64,000 bases of DNA from Octopus sinensis (Eukaryota). The notes beneath the pieces are model-generated. The model made no database searches, was not told the origin of the DNA, and saw nothing but the letters and a program-made list of their open reading frames with translations. The stretch is from the NCBI RefSeq assembly GCF_006345805.1, contig NC_043006.1, positions 79,546,001 through 79,610,000 on the forward strand, written 5' to 3'. The position numbers were made by a program, and so were the translations under genes. This document shows positions 1 through 11,272 of this stretch, in pieces. The stretch's first letter is position 1. Each line of letters starts with the position of its first letter.

Positions 1-1147
1 GCTTTTGTTGAACAAATCAACCCCAGGACTTATTCTTTGTAAGCCTAGTACTTATTCTATCGATCTCTTTTGCTGAACTGCAAAGTTATGGGTATGTAAA
101 CACACCAACATCAGTTGTCAAGCGGTGGTGGTGGTGGTGGGGAAACAAACACAGACACACAAATACATGTATGAAATCTGCGATGAGGAATCAGTTTCTG
201 ACTGAAGAACGAAGGCTTTGAATGACCCGTTGTCTGTTATGTTCGTCCCTTCGTGTATTTCACATTATTTATTTATGTAAAGGTTTATTATATATATATG
301 ATGGGCTTCTTTCAGTTTCTGTCTACCAAATCCACTCTCACGGTTTTGGTTAGTCCGAGGCTATAGTAGAAGACACTTGCCCAGCATGCCATGCAGTGGG
401 ACTGAACTCGCAGCCACTCCTGCACAATGTTATTTTGTATATTCCATATATCTAACGATACCAGCAAGTCTAAGAATCATACATTGGTCTCAAATTTTGA
501 AACAGCGCCAACAATTTCGGTGGAGGCTAAGCCGATTACATCTATCCCAATGCTTTACTAGTACTCATTTTATTGATACTGAAAGGATGAAAGGCAAAGT
601 CGACCTCAGCAGAACGTGAACTTAGAATGTAAAGATGGATGAAATGCCACGATTTTTCCGGTTCACTGAATCATACTTTAAAATTAGGACATTGTTGCTA
701 GTTTGTCGCCATTTTCATCCTGCACTCATTCTTAATGTCGAAAGCCTTGCTTGAATACAGTCCCCTACCCTGATTGCTAAACACACCCCAATCAGCACCT
801 AGGCCATGGAGACAACATCAAACTATCACTGATGTCAAGGATTCTGGTGTGACTGAATAGTTAAGAATCATGAGGTCGTATGTTCAATCCTGCTGTGTGG
901 CGTCTTGAAATATTGCTATTTACCCATATAGCCACAAGCTGACTCAACATTCTGAGAGAAAATGGTAAATGGAAACTAGAAGCCTGTCAGATGGATTGTA
1001 CCTGTGATTCAAAGGGCTTTATCAACCAAAGAGATTACATTTAATTAAACACCCTCACACACATTAAATACAACTACAAAAATTATAAGCATACAAGAGG
1101 CACTGAAAAGATTCAGATAACACAAGAAATTGAAAAATGGTACTTAC

Positions 1148-1270
1148 TAGCAGCTTAGCAAAATGCTGTGACATTGTATCAAATATTGGAATAAAATCTT
1201 TTTTATGGGTACCAAACAATGCATGAATGATATCAGAAATTTTGCTCAAAATGTAAACATCTTCAAGGTC
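1148..1270 (-). CDS. IPO5: IPO5 exon (last found): [41 protein letters not shown]
   Basis: ttctgtag / gtaagt; 123 nt, phase 0 to 0; no stop, gene continues left of window. Confidence 0.94.
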
Positions 1271-4200
1271 CTACAGAAATCAGAAAGGAGTCATAATCAG
1301 AATTTATATAAATGAGAAAACTACTCAACATGTTTTATTTCGCACATACTTAAAAAATATTTTTGAGAAAACTGAAATGTATGCAGACATGTTTGTTACT
1401 CAGTGCATGGCCTTTGGCTCCAACAATACATATTGAAGAGTGTGTTATGGAATATTAAACTGGACAATCAAGATTTTGTGTGGAAAATTATTACCAGGCA
1501 TGATAGAAAAGGACAGCAGTAATATGGTCAGTGTTATGTGCCATGCAAAAAGAGGACACAGCAGCACTTTAGCTGAGCCCAAACTTCGCACACTAATTCC
1601 ACTAAGGCCAATCTTAATGTAACAGATGTATAAGCCCCAGATCAAGCCAGATTAAAGCTGTTCCAATCATAACCAAATTGTATTTTTAGACATCTAGAAG
1701 CACATGGTCCAAGATCAAGAATACGTGTCGCCTGGTCCAGGAATTGTAACCACAATCTTATGATTACGAGTCCAATACCTCAACCACTCGGCCACATATG
1801 TCCATGATCCCAATGTATTCACAACAGACATTTTATGGATCTAAGGCAAGAGAAAGCTTTTAATAAAACTGCAAATTTCAAGCCTAAAATCAAATGCTCA
1901 AACATCCACAACTGCTCTGAACATGAATTTACTATATAAAAGAACGAAGCACTTTTGGAAACTTTTAAGAAAATTCCACTAAAATTTTCAGAATAAGACA
2001 AAATTTATCATTACAACAAAATTTGGGCCTTCAGTCCAGTAGTTGCTATAGACTGTAACTGAAGTGAATATTTTGCATTTAACTCAAGTTGGAGGCAGAT
2101 ATACAAATCCTTTTGCCAGCTATGGTAATAGCTTTTATTTACTATTAGTCTCTATAGAACTATGTTACTTACAAATAGCCATTTCAAATGTTTGTAATTA
2201 TACAAACATCCGGTAATGAAGTTATTTAAATATCCTTGAAACCATGTCAAAAATACAGAATAAAATATTTTCTCAAATTATGAAAACATATCAGTGGTGC
2301 TACATATGGCAGTAGTGTGAAATTTGCAATGAACCACCAGTGGTACATGTGGTAGTGAGGATGTTAATTTTTTACCAAACTACACAGTTACTATTAGTGC
2401 TGATGTTACTACTGTCACAGCGTTAACTAGTTTTCTACTTTCTACAATGATTTCATCATCATCATCGTTTAACGTCCACTTTCCATGCTGGCATGGGTTA
2501 GACGGTTTGACTAGAACTGGTAAGCCGGAGGGCTGCACCAGATTCCAGTCTGATTTGGCATGATTTCTACAGCTGGATGCCCTTCCTAACACCAACCACT
2601 CCAAGAGTGTAATGGGTGCTTCTTACATGCCACCGGCACAGGTGGTATTTACATGACACCCGCAATGGCCATGACTATGATTTCATGGGCACCATTTACA
2701 TGACACTGGCAACAGCCGCAACAACAATTTCACTTGGCTTGACAAATCTTCTTATGTACAGCATATCACCAAAGGTCTCAGTCATTTGTCATCACCTCCA
2801 CGAGGCCTAACATTCAAAAATCATGCTACCAGCAAAAGCCTTAATAAAAAAGAGAAAATCCCAGAGAAGTGAAAGTGAAAATTGCTGGTGTTCAGTGTGA
2901 GATCCTCTCTGCCACCGACTTACACCAACATGGTACCATACTTTATCCATGCTTAAAACAATGACAAATATTTTTCACTGACCTCCTCTTGTAGTTCCTC
3001 TTCTGCTACTTCATCAAAATCTTCATCTTTTCTTCTTTCTGCAAACAAAGCATATAAAAAAATATTAGCATAACAGGAATAACAATGATAATCTTAATAC
3101 TGCAAGATAAACTGGGCTTTGGCTTGACTTGCATCACTACCATTCCACAGGACCTTCATCATGTCCAATAAGTTCAGAAAAACTTTTATAATCATAGACT
3201 ATTATTTTATCTAATAATATATTTTTCACCAACAGATGACAATGTTCCAGAATTGTCACAGCATATTGGTTGGAATCAACCAATACAAGATCCTCCAAAT
3301 TCAGAATGCTTATGTCTTGCTCTAGACTATTTGTTAAGAAGGGCATCCAGCAGTAGAAACAATGCCAAAACAGACAGCAGAGCTTGGCACCGTCTTCTGA
3401 CTTATCAACTCCTATCAAACCATCCGTCCCATGCCAGCATGGAAGATGGATGTTTAATAATGACGATAAATTCTTCCTCAAGGGATAATCAGTGCTATTG
3501 AATTCAGAAGTCGAGATCTTGATACTGTGATGTTCAAATATCTCTGAACGGTATCGGCAAAGTAAATTAATTAACATTTCAGCATCACTTTCACGTAACT
3601 TATTGCTGAAGACCCCTAAGCACCGCCCTGTTTGGATATAGTAGTAAGTAGCGGTAACAACCTTATGACTGATTAATTTTAAATCTAGAAATTTCTCATC
3701 TACTATGGTATATCCATCACAACTTTGCCTGATCCTGAACCCCCATCAGCTCTCCTTTGCCCCTTCTGATCAATGCAGCAGTACATATTTGTAGCTTTGC
3801 CCATACAGCTGTCTGTTTACATCTTTGCATTTTCACCTGTAGCTACCTGTATATCCAGCACTATGACCCATCTGCAGCTTTCTTACAGGTAGTCCTCAAC
3901 ATTCGTCTGTTCATCATCTGTACTCCGCAAACTTTTTGAAAATTCAAGGAGTACCAAAGTCAAATAGATAAATCTTGATAGCTGCCTATTTTGTCTTTTT
4001 TTAAATTTTTATGTGGAGCTCTTAACTACCCCCAAACTGCAGTAGATTTCAGTTTTAGGACACAATTCTCCATTTCCAGTTGTTGTCCACTTCCTATGCC
4101 ACCAATGAGGCACATAATTCCTTTGTTGTCTTCTACTCTCTGTTAAGGGGGGAAGAGTCCCAGAGCTTTCAACTCCTCTAGGACAACTATATATGTGTGT

Positions 4201-5403
4201 GCATATATATAAGTAGATGTGGGTGTGTGTGTGTGTGTGTGTATATATATCATCATGACCGACCAGGCTATCAGATGTTGCTGCACATCGCTGGTGACAA
4301 TGCGCTTCGCACTGTTTTAGCCTTCAAATGACACCAACCCTGCTGGGTAAGCGAGCAGGCCAACAGAAGAAAGAGTGAGAGAAAGACTACAGCAGGGATC
4401 ACCACCACCCCCTGCCGGAGCCTCGTGGAGCTTTAGGTGTTTTTGCTCAATAAACACTCACAACGCCTGGTCTGGGAATCGAAACCGCGAGTTTGCTACC
4501 CTGACCACTGGGCCATTGCGCCTCCACACACACATATATATATAAGTAGATGTGCGTGTGTTTTTGTGTGTGTGTATGTGTGTGTGTGTATATATATATA
4601 TATACCTATAAAGAGAGAGAGAGAGAGATGTGCATCTGTGTACCTGTATGAATGAGACTATGCAAGTCCATGAACTCCATTGCGTGTTTATTTATTGTTG
4701 CTGACATAGAGGATTATTTTGCAGTCTCTTTCAATTCTGAATTTTATGTTGTCACTGAACATGCAAAAAATAGTAGCCAAATCTCTCATAAATCACATCT
4801 TAGCATCTTAAGAAAGGCAGCACCACACCCAGTTCTAGTAACAATATGTCTAAAAGAAACAAAAAACAAAGAAGAAATGGTCATAGCTAAAATACCATTT
4901 GATCATGGTGATCAAATGATGCTTCAGCTATGATCAAAGCTGACTTGGAACTCAACGATGACAATTTAACAAGGCAACTAATAGTGTCAGCCGCTAGCTT
5001 TTATAAAAACAAACAGAAAGCTATTGGTTAGACCACTCACAAAACCTTGGTCTAACCAATAAACAGCAATATGAAATGGCAGAGATACTCTGAAAGTGTT
5101 GATAAAATAGAAACCCATCAATGCAACTGCCAAAGTAAGCATAAATCTAAATATATAAATATGCATGCATGTATGTATGTATCCCATACCTATTCTTTCT
5201 TCTTGCCGGCTGAAGTGTTCCTTCATGAATGAATCGATAATAGCAACCAGTTCGCACATATGATCTTGTGATAAGCAACCTTTGCCAAGACTTTCAATAC
5301 ACTGAAATAAAGAAAAAGAGAATGTAATAAAATAGAAATGAAATAGAGAAGAGAAGGATGGAGGAAAAGAAAGATGGAGTAACAAAGAGACAGAGGAAGT
5401 AAA

Positions 5404-5480
<77 letters not shown>

Positions 5481-8400
5481 GTATATAATAAAGATACAGA
5501 ATAGGAAAATATATCTGTATAGCTCCACAATCTGTGTGACGTTATATTTTTCCTGTAATGCCAGAAGAGGAAGACAGCCTAAGAGGGGACCTGATCTGAA
5601 TGCTGTTGCAACATAGTCAACTCCACTAAAGACATTCAAGAGTGGGGGGGAGTAGGTGGTATAAAACCAGATAAAGAGATTAAGTCAACCACCGAGGAAC
5701 AGGAATTCTTCCTTCAGGTCTTTCACATATTTTGCCCTCTACCCAACTTTACTCACAAAACCTTGGTCTAACCAAGACTATTATAGGAGACATTTGTCTA
5801 AGGTGCCCTTGCAATGAGATTGAATTAAAATTTCTGACTCACATGGCCATGCCTTACTTTATTATGCACCCAAGTCTTTAGACTGCTGCCATCCTGGAGC
5901 ACTGCTTTGAAGGGATTTAGGCAACCAAAATAACCCCGATACTTATTCTAGTGATTTCTATTTTTTATACTGCTAAGTTATGGGGCATAAACACAGACAC
6001 TGTTGTCTTCGTGTGGTGCCAAATATAAAGACAGGCACATACAAACACACACACATACATACAGTGGGCTTCCACACACTTTCTGCCAACCAATTTCACT
6101 CAATGAATTGGTCGGTCTGAGACGATTAAAAGACACCTACACATGATGCCAAGCAACAGGACTGAACCTAAGACCACATGGTTGCAAAATGAATTCAATA
6201 ACTCCACACGTTTCAAGTCTATCCAATTCCTCGCTGACTTATTTCAACGCTGTGAAAGGTACAGTTTGTTTGGGTTTCAATACCAGTATAACACTTTTTT
6301 TTTTTTTTTACTTGAAACTTCGCCTTTGTTTTTTTGGCACAGACCTAATTCATCAGACAAAACTTCAGGAAAAATCTTTTTTAATTCTTCTGATGACTTA
6401 TTTGTACTGGTGGAAAACAATTCACATTTTCACAAAAAAGATTTATGGAGTGGTTCCATAAGTTAAATAATTCCATCCAGTCTGTTACAAAAAAATATCG
6501 TTGTATTATTCAACACAAAAACTTTGGCTTATAAGGTTTTTCCATAAAATGTAACATCACTTATTATTTCACCCTTAAAATGTAATTTTTTTCCTGAAAC
6601 ACTGCATGCAATTTTCAAAGTTTCTTTTAATCTAGGTCTCCTGATTTTTTCCATGAATCTGTGTTAATTAATGAGACACCACTGCCTGTATCCAACTATA
6701 ACTTTATGATTGTATTATTAACTATTTACATACACAAATTTCCTTTGAAACCAGTTCATATTTCTTCTCCCCGATAACCTGTTTACATGATTTTTTCTGT
6801 TGAGCCATTTTTTAGGTTTTGTTTTACAGTATGATTTATCGACCCCGAAAGGATGAAAGGCAAAGTCGACCTCAGCGGAATTTGAACTCAGAACGTAACA
6901 GCAGACAAAATACCACTAAGCATTTCGCCCAGCAAGCGAACATTTCTGCCAGCTCGCCACCTTTTTTTATGAGCTATCTTACCACACTTGAAGCATTTTA
7001 TATTTTTAAACGGACAGTTACTTTTAAAATGTAGACCACTGCAGTCATAACATGGATTCTGTCTTGACATTTTTTCTAATCCATTACTGGTTGACAGGCA
7101 TGAATGTGAGAGCAATCTTTTGCTTCAGTTTTATCTGCTTTATGTCTTAGATTTATAATCCTCTAACATTCTTCTGCTACTGCATGTAGAGCTAATTTTT
7201 GGTCCTGTTCTAATTTTGTTAATATCCAGGAATGTATATCTGCAGCTTTGCTTGCAGTTAGCCCTTGAACAAAATTAGACATCTGAACATGTCTAGGGTC
7301 AATTTGAATTTTTCACACTCTCTGTTAGCAACCCCAGGATAGGTGACAAAATCTTTAACATCTTTTTTGACCAAATTTAAACACTGCCAGTAAGTATTGA
7401 ACAGGGAACTTCTTTGACTGAAAATTTTTGATAAAAAATTGTTTCGTTGAAATAAATCTCACTTGATTTCTTCAGCAGAATATAGTTACTATATTCTTCA
7501 TGTTCAGCAGGGGATAGCTTTCTTAAAAGTAGTTGTACTTCTATCTCATCAGACCAATTTTTACATTCTTCTTCAACGATTTCTTCATATCTTCAAAAAT
7601 ATGCAGAGATGGTAATCCCTTCTGGATTATAACTGAATTCTTCAATTGAGTTTCCTACGCTGTCTGGCAAGTATGAACCTGAAGTATTTTCAGACTTCTT
7701 CAGCATTAATTCCAGCAACTGTTGGTTTTGTTGTAGTTGCTGCAACTGCACCACAGAGGCCAATAAGTCCTCCACGTTAAGCAATTTTTTCTTTGTTTTC
7801 ATACCCCCCAAATTTTTGACATCCAACGCAAGCTTCGAACATCTCATTGCCACTTTTATGTCCTGGTGTTGGATAAATAATTTAACGAAGCTGGGGGAAA
7901 GTATTCACACAATGCAATACGCTTACTATCACACGAGACTCAACACTCTCTATCAACAGCTCACAGTGAATTGCTCACAATCAACTCGACAGTTCTTTAT
8001 TTTATTAAAATGTGCCAGTCCACTTTTAGTAACATGGGGATGGTCAGAATCCTGCTACAACACATTTAAATTGGCCATATTTGGCCTAAATATTCTACCT
8101 GCTTTATGTTCAGATCAGCCAGATTTAGCCTTTCATGTCTACCCCTACAGTGTTATTCCAAAAATTCAACAATTTCTAAGCTACAAGGTAAGGTATGATT
8201 AATTTTAAAACAATGTGAATAAATAAGCATTACATTTGATAGTGTAATCTGAATGCTAATGGGTTAAAAGTCTCCAGTTCTCACAGGGACTATTGTTTAC
8301 AAAAACATGCAAAAATGGTACAGTAAATAGAGAAGTAAATCAATCAGTTACTCTGATTCAAAAGCATGTATCAAACTGCAGTCTGAGTTATTTTTATTTT

Positions 8401-11223
8401 TAATTGAAGATGTGTTGTACACCAAAAGACAGAAAGTAGAAATAAAAAAAAATAATAAAAAAGATATACTGCAAGAAAAACGAACCTTTCCTAAAGATGC
8501 CAGGTGGTCCGGAACAACAGCACGCTCGGGTTCGTACATAATGGCCTTTAATAAATTGGGACAGATATAGTTCCACATATCAGCTACGTAGTGGTCTCCC
8601 TTGATTCTGGCACACTCTAAGAGGTAAGGCAAAGATTCAGCAGCAGATACTCTGACATCTATGCATGTTGTCAAGGAAATCATTACATACAATGAAATGC
8701 AAAGCACAATGTAAAGTTATTGAACATGAAACCCATTGAGAAATAAGTGAACTAGAATGCTCAATATGTTCAATACAGAAACAGTTTGATATTAGATAAA
8801 GATTTCAAAAAGGCTTTTTTAAATATGCTTTTACATAGTCAGTTGTTACTTTCTATGTTCAATCATGGTATTAAATAAAATACTAAGACAGAGTTCGTGT
8901 GTGTGTGTGTTTGGATAAACTGTGAATGAGCTCACATGCATACATTTGATGAACTTGACTTTCAGCCTCAATATGTAGATATAACTCATAGTCAGCCACT
9001 AATTCTGATACAAAAATCTTATTCTAAAGTGATTTAATTAAAACCTTTAAAATTCCATCTTATCTTTTACTTGTTTTAATCAGACTGTGACCATGCTTCT
9101 TCTTTTAGTTGAATGAAGCAACCCCTGTACTTATTCCATCATCTCTTAATGAACCGCTCAGTTACAAGGATATAAACATACTCTTTACTCTCTTTACTTG
9201 TTTCAGGCATTTGAGTGTGGCCATGCTGGAGCACCGCCTTTAGTTGAGTAAATTGACCCCAGGGCTTATACTTTGTAAACCTAGTACTTAATCTATTGGT
9301 CTCTTTTGCCAAACCGCAAAGTTATGGGGACATAAACACACCAACATCAGTTGTCAAGCGATGTTGGGGGGACAAACACACACACACATATATATATATA
9401 CACAACAGGATTCTTTCAGTTTCGGTCTACCAAATCTACTCACAAGGCTTTGGTCGGCTTGAGGCTATAGTAGAAGACACTTGCCCAAGGTGCTTGCCCA
9501 TGTGGTTCGTAAGCAAGCTACTTACACACAGCCGCTCCTATGACTTTAAGTTTCTAACATCAGTTTAATAATGACAAAGTTATTGCAATTAATTATTCAT
9601 TATTTTTAAAATTGAAACTAAGGCCACACAAAAAGCACCCAGTACACTGTAAAGTGATTGGCATTAGAAAAGGTACCCAACTGTAGAAATCATGCCAAAT
9701 CAGGCAATCTGAGCCTGGAGCAGCTCTCTAGCTTGCCACCTCCTTGTCAAACTGCCAAACTAAGCCAGCATGGAAATAAGATGTTAACTGATGATGGAAG
9801 GCACTGTATTGCAACAGATACAGTGACAAAAAAAGGTTAAACTATAAGACTCTTTCTATAGCACAAAGCTGAGAAGAGCTCAACTAGTTTTGAGTGGTTA
9901 TTGCCATCTTATAAATCTTAATAAAGATTGTCTACTTGTGATAGATAGTCCTAGAGGTAGTGGAAGCAGTTTAGCAATTTTTGTAAGTAGCTCAAAGCTG
10001 CTTTCTTTCGAATGTCCATGAAAAAACAATCAACAAATCAAAAACAGGACAACTATATTTTTAATAAGTACTATACATTTTGGAAGGGTTTACTAAAATA
10101 TCTGTAGTTTTAGGAGAGTATTGTAGTTCACTTGAAGCAGTGTATATTGTTTGTAAAATATAATGTATCTTGAATGGCACAACAATGCACTATAATGGCT
10201 GTTATAATTTAATCATCCAGTCTGATATAAATATTTCAGAATACTATATCATCATCATCATTTAACAACTTTTCCATGTTTGCATGAGTCAGTTTATAGC
10301 AGCAAATTTTCTACAGCTGGATATCCTTCCCGTATCCAAGCAAGGTAATACTTCCCCCATGACCAGGCATACTTTTACAGAATACAGGAAATGAATGACA
10401 TACAGTTACTGTGATGTCAAGACAATAACATACACACACACAATGGGGTCTTTTAGTTTCTATCTTCCGAATGTACTCACAAGGCTTTGATCAGCCTGTG
10501 GTTATTGGCAAAGACACTTGTTATAGTGTGACTGAACCTGAAACTATGTGGCTGGCAAGCAAATTTCTCAGCCATACAACCATGCCTGCATCCCGAGCTG
10601 CAGCTTTATATCTTTGTTTTTATCTTTTACTTGTTTCAATCATTTGACTGGTGGGGCACCACCTTGAAGTGCTTTAGTCAAGCAAACCAAACCCTGGACT
10701 TATTTTTTTAAGCATGGTATTTATTCTAACAATCTCTTTTGCTGAACCAGAAAGTTATGGCAATGTAAAGACACCAACATCAGTTGTCAAGAGAGACACA
10801 CACACACACATTTTATCGAATATACCTAACACACACATATATATATATATATATATATTAGAAAAAATGAGGTAATCAGATCAGATGGTTCATATTTGTA
10901 GATATTTATATATTACATTTTTTACATATATATCATATCATATCATTCGGATTAGCGCTTGCTCCCATTCTAGTGGGCTTTTCAAATCAAATCAGTTGTG
11001 GGGAGTTTGAACATTTTATAGTTTCGTAGTTTCAAACTCCCCACAACTGATTTGATTTGAAAAGCCCACTAGAATGGGAGCAAGCGCTAATCCGAATGAT
11101 ATGATATGATATATATGTAAAAAATGTAATATATAAATAAATATCTACAAATATGAACCATCTGATCTGATTACCTCATTTTTTCTAATATATAATACCT
11201 GTACATCATCTCCAAACCTTCCG

Positions 11224-11272
<49 letters not shown>

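Noticed and set aside
202-225. CTGAAGA...GAAT in a short insert within a SINE
   Set aside because: No stem II or GAAA; cannot be folded as a hammerhead.
3137-3960. 146-aa ORF and a nearby GGSGSGK Walker-A-like string (about 3725-3750, minus)
   Set aside because: The ORF runs through a retroposon tail; the motif is surrounded by stops and I found no other helicase motifs. Possibly an old TE remnant but unclassifiable by eye.
5223-5639. ORFs with SLSLSL runs
   Set aside because: Translation of the (CT)n microsatellite.
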